Positions 12,701 to 24,949 of a stretch of 64,000 bases of DNA are shown one piece after another. Every line of letters starts with the position of its first letter. The first letter of the stretch is position 1. The notes beneath the pieces are model-generated. The model saw only the letters and a list, made by a program, of their open reading frames with translations. It made no database searches and was not told where the DNA came from. The stretch covers positions 124,001 to 188,000 of the forward strand of contig LSRY02000030.1 of the NCBI GenBank assembly GCA_001643675.2, in the 5' to 3' direction. Origin of the DNA: Monocercomonoides exilis PA203. Lineage: Eukaryota > Protista > Preaxostyla. The position numbers and the translations under genes were made by a program.

Positions 12701-15700
12701 TGTCTTCTAATTCATCTGCTGCCACGTTAGCAACATCAACAGCATCTACACCTTCAACACCAACACCAACAAATCATCACGAAAGAGAAGGAGAAAGAGA
12801 AGGAAGAGAAGGAAGAAGAGAAGGAAGAAGAGGAAGAAGAAGAAGGAGAGAAGAAGGAGAAGATGAAGATAAGGGTAGAAGTGAAATGGAGGAATATTCA
12901 GAAGAAGATACGGACAATGTGAAAGGAAGAAGAGGAGGAAAAAAAGCACAAAAAGGAGAAGAAGAGAAAGAGAGAGAGAAAGAAGAAGAGGAAGAGGAAG
13001 AATGGATGGAATTCTATCAAATGATGGGAGCATCTGAAACAGAAACAGAAACAGAAAGTTATACAGATACAAGCACATATGAGGAAGAAGAAGAAGAAGA
13101 AGAAGACAATAAAGAAGAAGATGAAAAAGAAGATAATGAAATAGATTCCAAAGAGCTTGATTCGCCTTCTTGTTCTCCTTCTCCCCAGGTGATATCATCT
13201 GACTATCACAAAATGACATATCCATCCTATTTGAAGTTAAATGACACGAATTTAACTTCAATTGGAGGAGGAAGAGGAGAAGAAGAAGAAGAAGATGATG
13301 ATGATGATGATGATGATAAAATTGAAAGAGAAAGAAGAGAAAGAAGAGAGAGAAGGCGAAGAAGAAGAGAAATGGAAGGGAAAATGGAAAGGGAAGATGA
13401 TGATGAAGATGAAGTGATTGGATATATGCCAGGAATACCACATGTTCCAGATGTATCAGAAATTGTGGTTGTTTCTTCAATATCTTCTTCTTCTTCTTCT
13501 TCCTCTTCCTCCTCCTCCTCATCATCATCATCATCAAATGCAGCGCCAACAATTAACAGAAAACTGGATGACATGAATGATCCTGAATACTTGCCGTTTA
13601 ACAGCAACAATAACATCAGCCTCATCATCAGTCACAATAACAATAGCAATAACAATAATGCGACGCAGTTTCATAGCAGTTTGGATGGAGATAGAGAGAA
13701 AGAGAGGAGAAGTGAGTCAAAGACAACAAAGAAAGACAATAAATCAGATAAAAAAGAAGGCAAAATAAAAGGGAAAAACAGAAGCTATAACAAAAGCAAA
13801 GGAAAAAGCAGAAGAAAAGGAGATTCAAATAAAGGATCAATCACACCTTCTTCTTCATTCAACTCAAATTCCTCGTTTTCTGAGCTATCTTCAGCTTTCA
13901 ATTCAGCTTCATCCATTGCTTCTTCTTCTGCTTCTTCTCTTTCTTCTTCTCGTTCCTCTTCTTTTTATTCTTCTCGTTCTTCTTCTCTTTCCTCTTCCCA
14001 TTCTTCCCTTCCCTCTTCCCTGTCTTCAGATTCTTTTTCATTCTCCTCAATGCCCTCTCCTTCTCCATGTTCTCCAGATAATCATATCATTTCTCATTCA
14101 TTGAGTTCAATAGATCCAATTGACAATGAATCACCTGAAAATCCTTTATTCAAGCCACATGCAACTCACAAACACATTCGTCGACATCATCGTCATCATC
14201 ATGTTCATCAAGAGTTTGATAAACATAATAAAACACGTAATAAACATAATAAACATTATGGTCAAAAAGATAATGATAAACTTAATCAACACAGTCATCA
14301 AGCTCTTCAACATCTCCATAGCAGCAACAATAACTGCATCAGCAATGCCAGCAATTCCCATCCCAACAACATCCTCAAAGATACCCAAATGGAATTGTCT
14401 TATCGTATTCCTTCTGTTTCTCTCCACTCAGAAAGCTCTTTCATTGATGATGACTCAGAACTCCATTTGCATGACGATGAAGACAATCACTACAGCATCG
14501 ATGAATATGACGGGATGAAATTTCCTATCATTGCTCCAGTGTCAATGAAATCGTCATCAATGGAAAGAAAAGGAGAAGGAGAAGGAGAAGATGGAGAAGA
14601 AGAAGAAGGAAGAAGAGGAGAAAGAGGAGGAAGAAGAGAAGATAAAGTTAGTACTCCAATTGAAGATATGCATAACATTGACTCAAATATTCCTCTTTCT
14701 GATTCTCAACAAAACGATCACTTGCATTCCCTTCCTTTCATATCCACTTCTTCTGTTTCATCTGCACCTTCTCCTGATGCATTAACCATCTCAAACATTT
14801 CTCTTCCTCCTCGTTCATCATCATCTTCATCATCATCTTCTTCTTCTTCTTCAAATTCATCTTCATCCTCATCTTCAACATCTGAAATGGAAGAAAGTCA
14901 ATCAAAACATATTCATCGTCATCGCCATAACAATCACGATCAACACATGTCTATTGACAAGAGCAACAAACTTCATCATCATCATCATCAAAACCAAACT
15001 GCACAATCAACTAAACCTTCTCATTCTCGTCCTCACTCTCATTTCCACCCCCATTCTCATCATCATCATCATTCCTCAAACAAACACAAAAGCAAGTCAG
15101 AAGAGAAAGAGGAACATGATGTGCGAAACTTGTTCATTCACGATGCCATTGCGTTTTCTTCGCGCTTCTCAAAAAAACAGCTTTTTGGCGGTGGAGACAG
15201 CGGAATAACAGGGCAATCTTCGATTTCCTCTGCTTCTCCTTCTCCAAGACCTGATATTGTTCCTTTGGATTGTTCTAATTCTTCTTCTTCTACTACTACT
15301 ACTGCTACTGCTACTTCTTCTTCATTCTCTTTATCTTCTGCTTCTGATTCTTCTTCTTCTTCTTCTTCTTCTTCTTCTTCCTCTACTGATTCATCTTCGT
15401 CTTCGTCTTCTTCTCCTATCATTTGTGATGAAAGTCCAATGAAGAATATACAAAATGCTTCTGTTGCGCCATTAAATCCTTCTTTATCTGTTGTTCCTTC
15501 TTCTTCTTCTTCTTCTCCTTCTCCTTCTTCTGCCGCATCACTATCAACTTTAACAAATTCATCATTTCCATTGGATGCCTCATCATCTTCCTCTTCTTCT
15601 TCTTCTTCTTCATTGTCATCTTCTTCTCCTTCCTCTTCCTCCTCCCTCTCCCTCTCCTCCTATTCCAATCCTGTTATCTCTGTCCCCTTGCCTCTTCCTC

Positions 15701-18700
15701 CATCTCATCCTTCCTCTTTCTATCAACCTTTCCCCATCCATCCAGATGAGCCTTCATCATCATCTTCTTCCTCTTCCTCTTCTTCTTCTCTATTCGATTC
15801 TGCTTGTCAACATGCTCTTTTCCCTTCTCCTTCTTCTCTTGCCTCTTCTGAAGACACATTCACTGGGCATTCTTCCATCTTGTCAGACTCTTCGACTCTT
15901 GCTGCTCTGCATCTATCTATCAATACAGATCTCACTTCTTCTTCTTCTTCCTCTTCCTCTTCGTCTTCTTCCTCTTCATCATTATCATCATCATCGTCGT
16001 CGTCTTCTTCTTCTTCTGATGTTGTTGTTGTTTCTCCTCCTCCTCCTCCTCCTTCCTCTTCTTCCATCCACAGCACTCCTGTCTCCCCTCCTCTTTCTCC
16101 AGCTGTTCCTGTTCGCATCGTCACAAAGCATCCTTCTTCTTCTTCAATTCCTTTGTTATCTTCTTCTTCTTCTGTTTCCTCTTCCTCTGATTCATCCTCT
16201 GATTCATCTTCTTCTTCTTCTTCTTCTTCTTCCTCATCTTCTTCCTCTCTCTCCACAAACTCATCCCCTCTTCTTTCCTCCTCTATTTCTTCTTCTTCCT
16301 CCTCCTCTTCCTCCTCCTCCTCCTCCTCTACTCTTTCTCACCCTTCTCTCCATCTCCACTCCTCCCCTGACTCCCCTGACTCCCACATCCACCCCTTCGG
16401 CTTCAGCCCCATTCAGCAGCCATTCCCCCTCTCTCAAGAGAACGTTCCTTCCCCCACATCTTATCTCCAACAGCTGTATACACACACACTGTCTTCTACA
16501 TTCTCTCACGATGGATATAACAGCAATGATAACACAATTGAAGATATGCCTTTGTTTAACATGAGCGATAATGAAGAACAGCTGCAAAGAAGTGATTCCT
16601 TGAAACAAGAAAGAGAAGGAATTCATTCACAAACAATGAATGAGAATGTTGTGTCTTCTGATTCCCCACCAAAAGTGATTGGGTTGAGGTTGCCTTCTCC
16701 CATTGGGAAAGAGCATGATGTGTTGTTTTCTTCTTCTTCTCCTCCTCCTTCTTCTGCTTCTGATACCTCCTCCTCTTCCTCCTCCTCCTCATCATCATCA
16801 TCTTCTTCTTCTTCTTTTACTTCTTCAATATCCTCAACCCCTCCCTCTCTTTCCTCCTCCTCCTCCTCTTCCTCTTCCTCTTCCACTTCCACTTCCACTT
16901 CTTCTCTCTCTCTCTCGTCTTCTCTCTCCCTCTCCAAACCCCACCAGCCCAAGCAAACCGTCCCCTCCCGCTCCTTCATCCCTTCCCATGTCTCCTCCAT
17001 CACCACTCTTTCTCCAGCCCCTGTCTTCGTAGCTGCCTATCACGGCCTTCCAACTCCTCCTCCTTCTCCCTCCAGCAGCACAGCTGACTCGATTTCTCCT
17101 GTTGTGACTCCCTCAAGCAATGGCGCTTCACCAGTGGAAGAGAAGGAGAGAGGGAAGGAGAGAGAGAAAGAGAAAAAGGAGAAAAAGGAAAAGAAGAAGA
17201 AGGATGTCAATAAGATTGGTGATTCTTCTTATTCTTCAATTGATCACAAATCTTCTTCCTCCTCCTCCTCCTCTTCTTCTTCTTCTTCACCCAAACTTTA
17301 CTCCAGCACCTCCACCCACACAACACACAAGAAGTCCAATGAAATCCTTTCATCCAAACGCAGCAGCATCAAACTGGAGCTGCTCAACAGCCGTTCTCTT
17401 TTAGACCCGCCAGACGAGAGGGAGAAGAAGATTCTGAGGGAAGTGGAGAGAGAAAAAGCGAAATTCAAGAACAGACACGAAGAGCGCATAAAAGGGGTGA
17501 TTATTGTCAGACCTGCCCCAACCCCTTCTTCTCCTCTTACCCCTCATACCCCTCATTCTCCTCCTCCTTTGACAACTCCTTCTCCAACTCATTCAATTTC
17601 TTCGGTTTCCTCTATTTCTTCGCCTTCTTCGTCTTCTTCTTTCACTCCAGTTGAACTTTCTCATGCGTTATCTTCTTCATCATCATCCTCTTCATCATCA
17701 TCATCTTCTTCTTCTTCTTCTCATCCTTCTCATCATTCCCCTTCCCCTCCTCCTCCTCTTCCTCCTGCTTCTTCTCCTTCTCCTCCTCTCCCTTCTCCTG
17801 TTCCATCTTCTTCTTCTTCTTCTTCTTCTTCCTCTATTGTATCTACACCTCCATTTACTCAGCAAGCTCCTCTTCTTTCTGTTGGACATAACATTCAGCA
17901 AAAGTTGGATGGAATTCAATCACATGAAATGAAAATTACTTCATTATCTTCTTCTCCTTCTTCTTCCTCCTCTCCTTCATCGTCTTCGTCTTCGTCGTCG
18001 TCGTCGTCTTCTTCCCTTTCCTCCTCTTCCTCCTCCTCCTCATCATCGTCTTCTTCTTCTTCATCCACATCTTCTCCATCAAAATCCTCCATCTCCTCAA
18101 CAGAAACTGCTCCTATCATTCGTGTTGCTGCCTCTTCTTCTTCTCTTCATGCCTCTTCATCTTCAGAACGAATGGCTCAACGCTTTCTGCATGAAGAGAA
18201 GAAGAGGCTGAGGAAGATGGAAAAATTGGAAAAAATGGAGAAAATGGAGAAGATGGGAAAAATAGAGAAGAAAGAGAAAGAGAAAGAGGAGAAAGAGAAG
18301 AAGAAAGAATCTTCTTCTTCACACAGACACAAATCGAAGAGGTTGCAAAGTGATTCGAACAAAGCAAGCTCTTCTTCTTCTTCTTCTTCTTCTTCTTCTT
18401 CTACCTCCTTCTCTTCTGCCTCTTCTCCTTCATCTTCTCCTTCCTCCTCTGTTTCTCCTCTGCCTTCTTCGCCATTCACCAGCTCTTCTCAAAAGACTCT
18501 TGTTCTATTCGCTCCATATCGTCCTTCTCCTTCTCCTTCCTCTCCTCTTTCTCCTCCTTCGCCTTCATCTCCTGCTTCTCCTGCTTCTTCAATCTCCACT
18601 TCAATATCTTCTTCATCTTCCTCTTCCTCTCCTTCTCATTCTCATTCTCACTCTCCTTCCTCTTCTCCTTCATTCCACCCTTCTTCTCCTCCAAACTCTG

Positions 18701-21700
18701 TCCCTGTATTAACTCCAACCCCTGTCTTAACCCCTCCTTCCTCCTTTTCTCCCTCTTCTTCTTCCTCTGGTATTTCACCTTCTGTTGTATCACCTGTTGC
18801 CTCTCTTTCCTCTTCTCACGTCCTCCACACCATTTCCCGCATCGCTTCTCTTTCTCCTTCTCTCTCTCCTTCTCTTCTTTCCTCTTCTCCTCTTTCTTCT
18901 TCTCCTCTTTCTTCTTCTCCTCTTTCATCGTCTTCTTCTTCTTCTTCTTCTTCGTTGCCCCATTCTTTCTCTCCTCATCCAGTGTACCTCTCCTCTTCTT
19001 CTCCTGTCTCTGCTTATTTGTCTGCCTCTTCGTCACCTGAGAAAGGGCAGATTCCAATGAATGCTCGTATCAATGCAGATATTAATATAAATAATGATAA
19101 TAGCAATCATGATAATAATAATAATAACTCTATTTCTTCCTCCAATGGAAATCTTGACTCTATTTCTGGTTCTGTTTCTGTTTCGAATGTGAATGGCAAC
19201 ACTTCTTCTGTTGCTATTAGCAGCTCTCCTTCTCGTTCTCCTTCTTCTCTTCATTCTCCTTCTTCTTCCTTTTCATTATCATCTTCTTCTTCTTCCTCCT
19301 CTTCCTCCTCTTCTGTTTCTTCCTCTTTCCTTCGTCTTGCCCCTTTGTCTGTCTCCCCTTCTTCTCCATATGGCTCCCCTGAAATTATTTCCCACTTGTC
19401 TTCTTCTTTCTCTTCTCTTCGCATTTCTCCTTCTTTCCTTTCTTCTTCTCCTTCTCACATGCAACTCAACTCCAACAGAAGTTCTGCTTCTGCTTCTTCT
19501 TCTTCTTCTTCTTCTTCTTCTTCTGTCTCTTCCTCTCCAAAGCAACAATCATCTTCTCCTCATCTGAGCGAATCTCCACTTCACACTCAAACTGAACTTA
19601 AGAATTCTCCTTCTCTTAGCTCTTCTTCCTCTTCCTCGTCTTCCATTTCATCATCTTCTTCTTCCTCTTCCTCTTCTTCCTCTTCCTCCTCTTCCTCCTC
19701 TTCCTCATCTTCCTCTCCTCAAAATGCCGGGTTCCTCCAGCAGTCTGCCCTGAATAGCATGTCCGTGCTTCCATACCCTCCTTCCTCTCCCATCCAATCT
19801 CTTCTCTCTTCTTCTCCTTCATTCCTGTTGGCTTCTGCCACTTCTCCTTCATCTGCCAGCCCTTTCTTAATGTCCCCCGTTACCACTGACATGATTGACA
19901 CAGGGCCACAAACAATCAATGCTTCTTCTTCTTCTTCTTCTTCTATTTCTTCTTCATTGACATCATTAACATCATCACTCAGTCAAAAACAGCTTCTTTC
20001 TCCATTGTTCCAATCTCAAACACCTTCATCCCTTGGATCAACTGGAAAACTATCACCACAAATTCGAAAAGGAAGAGCTAAAAGGAGAAAACCAGCCAAA
20101 AAAGCACACAACAGTGAATCCATAGAAGATACAGACACTTTGTTTGATTCATCGATGGAGGCGCTGGGGAAGATGTCTTTGAAGGAAAGGCAGCCGGCTG
20201 ATAGAAACAGAAGAAATGCGACAAATTCTGCTGATGGAAGAGGAAGTGGTGTTAGTGGTGTTAGTGGTGGTAATGACAATGATGATTCGATTGTGGGTTT
20301 GAAGTATGATGGATATGAAGGAGAAGAAGGAGATGGTGAAAGAACAGAGAAGGAGAAGGAGAAGAAGAAGAAGACAAAGACGAATAAAACGCATAAAATA
20401 AAGGGCACAAAGAAATCGAAGAGCAAGAAGCACTCTAGACACAAAAGCATCACAAATATCACAAATGACACAAAGAATCAAGCATTCGATGAATTGCAGT
20501 CTCCACTTCTCTCTGTTGTCAAAGCAGAAGATCTAAGCAAAGAGCTGAATGAAGCAGATCTCACAAGCGTGGAATGTGGTGTTATTCCTGATCTGCCTCC
20601 TCCTCCTTCACAGCCAGCGCTGTGCAAGACAATCCCATTGACGATGAGTGCAATGGATCTGCTGGAAAGGAAGAGGAGCAAGAAGAAGAGGAGGAGGAAG
20701 ATGAAGGATAAGAGGAAGGAAAAGCAGAAGAATAAGAAGATATACAGCAACACAGATGCCAATGGAGATATCAATGCTATTGATGAACTGTTGCAAAGCA
20801 CAAATTCATTCAGAATGCTTTCAGTGTCCCAATCAGAACTTCATTCAGATTCATCATCAGAATCTTTGGATTCATCTTATTCATCTGACAGCTCTTCATC
20901 AACATCTTCTTCCTCTCTTTCATCTCTTTCATCTCCTTCTTCTCCTTCTTCTCTTTCAACCTCATCATCATTTTCTTCCTCTTCCTCCTCCTCTTCTTCT
21001 TCTTCTCTTCTTTCCCCTGAAAGCCCACAGCCAACTCAGCAACAGCCCCATCTTCATCTTCATCACAAAGGGCATTCAAAACATAGACACAAACATAATC
21101 ACAAGCAAGCAAATCATTCAGCCGATGATGACTTGTTTTGCGAGCCGCATTTCTCGACTTCTGAGCTGAGAGGGTCTCAGGACTCGCTGCTGGCATTGCA
21201 CGAGGCAGATGGAGAGGAGAATGAGAATATTGAGAAACACAGAAGGAGTGAGGAAAAGGGGGAAGAGGAAGAAGAAGAAGAAGAGGGAGGAGAAGGAGGT
21301 TATGAAGAAGAAGAAGATGATGATGACGATGATGATGATGAAGGTGGATCTGAAACAGGTTCTGAAAGTGATTCTGAAACAGAGACAGATACAGAATTGG
21401 AGTCAACATCAGAGTCAGAAACGGATTCAGAAGAAGAAGGAGAAGAAGAAGAAGAAGATGATGATGATGATGACAATGAAGAATGTGATGATAGCAGGAA
21501 AACAGCTCGTCATTCACTCCATCGCAACAGGAGAGGAATGAGGAATGTGATTGGCGTTCCTTTTCTCTCATCTGACTGGGACGAAGACCAAGAAGAAGTG
21601 ATGGTGGAGGAGGAGGAGGAGAAAGAGGAAGAAGAGGAGAGAAACGAAGGAGACGGAGAAGAAGAAGAAGAAGGAAAAGGAGAAAGAGAAAGAGAAAGAG

Positions 21701-21876
21701 AAGGAAAAAACAAAGAAGACAAAGAAAAGGATGAGAAAGAAGGAAAAGAAGGGGAAGAAAAAAAAGAAGAAGAAGAGAAAGATGGAGTTATTGCAAGTTT
21801 CACTCAACCTCTGCAGTGTAATGTGTCAATGAAGACAGATGTTACGGTGCTGCCTTTTGGAGAGCAAAGAATATGA
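1025..21876 (+). CDS. PPP4R3: Serine/threonine protein phosphatase 4 regulatory subunit 3 (SMEK/Psy2/Falafel homologue), giant form of about 6,822 aa
   Basis: Exons 1025-1220, 1288-1372, 1416-1563, 1634-2377, 2581-21876, joined by GT..AG introns of 67, 43, 70 and 203 nt with consistent phase (20,469 nt). The spliced N-terminus RSKLFVLSPDGKWIDQGTG...DYLKEGDTLIVWTD...FAISF...ETLW matches the SMEK EVH1-like domain (RVKVY.L...QWDDRGTG...YQKQQDTLIVW...LALSF...EIW). IGCVECD..KRRRLRQWLRKNAKWK and QRIHTLYLLSFLRDVAL match the SMK-1/DUF625 domain. Later islands (VRLVAIDILMSLLAF, FFHLCTVIFAPLL, LLRRILSLF, LLRLFRVMI, RDTLICSALL) follow the order of the PP4R3 ARM/HEAT helices. Confidence 0.88.
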
Positions 21877-22817
21877 GCAATCATTTGTTTCAAGCATATT
21901 CCAGAGACTGTATTTTGAATGAAACTTATTAGTTTTTATTTTATTTTATTTTTCTCTTCTAATTTTCGATTTATTTATTTATTTAAATATTTATTTTTGA
22001 TTCGATTATGATCATTGATGCTATCAAAAATAGGTTTTCAAATAAAAAAAGAAAAAAGAAATTGTTGTTTCTGAAACATTTTAGCATTTATGTTTATTGT
22101 TTTCCATATTTTTTGGATCTTCGATTGATTTAAAAGACTATTTTTTTTTTTTCGTTTCTGTTGTGAATTCGTTTTTTCTTTTCGTTTCTTTCTTGTTTTT
22201 TTAACAATTTCTTTTTCGGTTCTGTTACAATTTCATCTTATTTCTTCTTATTTTTTTTTTTCCATTAACTTTGATTGGGCATTATGATCGCTGTTTCGTA
22301 TCATTGAAGCTTGATCGATGCCATTCGCTGTTTACTGATGGATAACGAAGGAGTGATACTTCTGTTTGTGTTGTTGTGTATATGAAAGTTAAAAACATTT
22401 TTTTTTTATTTTGAGATTTTTGCTGTGAAAACAAAAGTTTATCAATGAAAAAGGAGATTACTTTAATTTTTTTTTGATATTTTGTTTAAATTCTTGCAAA
22501 TCGCATTTGTGATATTCTTCAATTGCATAAATCATTTCATTTTTTCATTTTTATTTGATAAACATCATGAAATTTTGAAATGAAAAGGAAATAAATGATC
22601 ATGAACAATAAGTTGAAGTAAATATCAAAAACAAATTTCATTTTAAAATTGAACAATCATTTACTACTTTGAGTTCCATACTGTTTGACATTAAATGAGT
22701 ATTTCCAATATACAATGAAAGAAATTTTCCCATACTTATTTATGAGGAAAGAAACAATTTGACTTCTTTTCAACTAGATTTTATTCGATTTTTTGAAGTT
22801 GTGCTTGTGCTAACGCT

Positions 22818-23767
22818 ATGAATTTAGAGAAAGATCTTCGTAACAGATATAATTTAGTTATTCAAGAAATGGAGGAAGAACTTGATAGATTTTGTTCTGA
22901 ATTCATAGACAATTTTCATGACATATATTTGTTTTTGGAAAAAGATGAAGTTGATAAACTTCATATGGCGTATGCAACTTCCATTCCTTCTGAAGATATT
23001 TCGCCATTGAATCAAGCAAAGAAGATAATTTCGTGTATTTCTGGAATTACTGCTGATCAAGTTGATACAGTTGATAGATCGATTATTAAATTGAAAGATC
23101 AGCAAGTGTGCAATTTTATTGAAGTGTTTATGTATAAATGCTTTTGAATGCATGAATTAGTCAAATAGAATAAAGATGGGGTATAAGCTTCTTAACCAGG
23201 CTATGGCATCTTTTAGTAAGAGAGAAATTGATAAAGGAAGAGTTTGACTTCGTGTTTTGTATTCGTAATGAAATTTATCTTTTGTTTGATTGCATTTTTT
23301 TTTCAATTTTTATTTATTTTATTATAATTTTTTTTTTAATTTTCAAATTTTGGCAAAAGCTTATAAGACCTGGATCCCTTCAGAGAATTGCTAAATCCAT
23401 TGATCCTTCGATTAAGTTGGACAAAGATGTTGAGGAATTAATAATGCAAGAATCTGAAGCATTTGTAGATGCGATTATAAAACAAGCCAGCCTGCTATCT
23501 GCTTTTAGAGGCTCGGAAACTGTTGAGATCTGTGATTTTCAAATTATTCTCGAATCAAAGTATGACATTAAAGTTGCATGGCAGGAAACTGATCCATCAG
23601 ATGAAAACAAACATTCTAAGAATCGAAGTATTCAATTCAAATCATCGGAATGCTTTCCTGAACCGTCTACACTTTCTTTGCATCAAAAAAGAATTGCATC
23701 TATTTTCGCATCTTCGAAAGACGATAAGGTACAAACAGAGAAAGGAGAAAAAACAAAATTATTTTGA
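22818..23767 (+). CDS. TAF12: TFIID/SAGA subunit TAF12 (histone-fold), about 258 aa
   Basis: Proposed exons 22818-23105, 23161-23241, 23360-23767 (GT..AG introns of 55 and 118 nt, both phase 0). Exon 3 encodes LQRIAKSIDPSIKLDKDVEELIMQESEAFVDAIIKQASLLSAFRGSETVEICDFQIILESKYDIKV, matching the TAF12 fold (LQDLVREVDP..QLDEDVEEMLLQIADDFI..V...ACQLARHRKS.TLEVKDVQLHLER.WNM.I), followed by HQKRIASI, similar to the conserved HKQRMALI. The linkage of exons 1-2 is less certain than exon 3. Confidence 0.85.
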
Positions 23768-24463
23768 ACTTACAATTTTTTTTTATTTTTTTTGTCAAAT
23801 TGCTTTAATAATTGAAAATTACAAATAATTAATATTCCCTTTATACTGTTAAAAAGTCCAGAATAGAAATAGTACAATTTAATGGATGGTGAAGCTTTGC
23901 TAAAACAAAAATTAAAATTTTGATAAATTTGGAATAAAGGATAACTTTGTTTTCAAACTCCTTTCGTTTCATTCAAAAGAACAAATTGTTTTATGAAATG
24001 ATAATCGAACAAGCTTGAAATTTTTAATTCCAAAATCAGCTTTTCGGAGTTTTAAAGCTGAATGAAAAATGTGAAATCACTCCAAAACCTCAATTCATGG
24101 GAAATGAATCGCTTTTCTTAACTAATTTCATATCAATTCAATTATAGTTTAAATTCAACAATTATTTTGAAAGCATTTACATATTAAATTATTCTTTTAT
24201 ATGAAGACTTATGAAAACATTTTCATTCTGTCTTATTTTGCTTATATTTTTGCTGACAAACAAGAAAAGAAATTTATATTTTTTCTCTGAAAGAAAAAAT
24301 TTTGCGAATTTATTTTTTTTTTTTTTCATAATTTTTTTTTCATGAATCTTTATTTTTTTTGTCTGATGATATAGTATTATAGGCCTTTGCGACAAGGTAT
24401 TTCTTCGCGATGCGTGTCGGTAGATAGAATGAACCTGTGTCGAGGTTTTTTTTTTTTTTTTTT

Positions 24464-24496
<33 letters not shown>

Positions 24497-24949
24497 GATG
24501 AAAGAAAAAAGGATTCTTTTATCTAATTAATCTGTAATTTTCAACTTGTGTCTGAATTTCTTTCCGACAGAAAAATCCCATTTTTTTCTTTGATCAAACA
24601 ATTAAATTTTACTTTTTCGATAATTATTCATTGATGAAACGACAACGAAGAGGTCTAATAATTAAAATAGCAAAATGAAGAAAATAAAACTGTTTATTAA
24701 CAATGGAAGATGAAACAAAAACACAAAAATTTTTTATCAAACCAAAAATAAAAAAGAAATTGAAGTGTGATGGCAATTGTCAGATCTTAGAATATTTATA
24801 GTATAAGTTCAGACAATTGAGTTATATAACGTGAAGAAAATTGAAGCTATGCTATTTATTTTTATTTCATTCTGTCTGTTAACGTATTTCTGCATCTTTC
24901 AATTATCTTCATTTAACGCTGTAAATAGACTGTAGTCAGTTCATAACAA

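Noticed and set aside
2633-21807. Dozens of antisense and alternate-frame ORFs (poly-Leu, poly-Glu, poly-Arg, poly-Phe) overlapping PP4R3
   Set aside because: Shadows of TCT/GAA-rich low-complexity coding DNA, which is poor in stop codons in other frames; no domains.
24390-24496. Short GC-rich stretch followed by poly-T, as a possible Pol III RNA gene (U6, 5S, tRNA)
   Set aside because: No ACAGAGA box, A/B boxes or cloverleaf; better explained as the left end of the TIR element.
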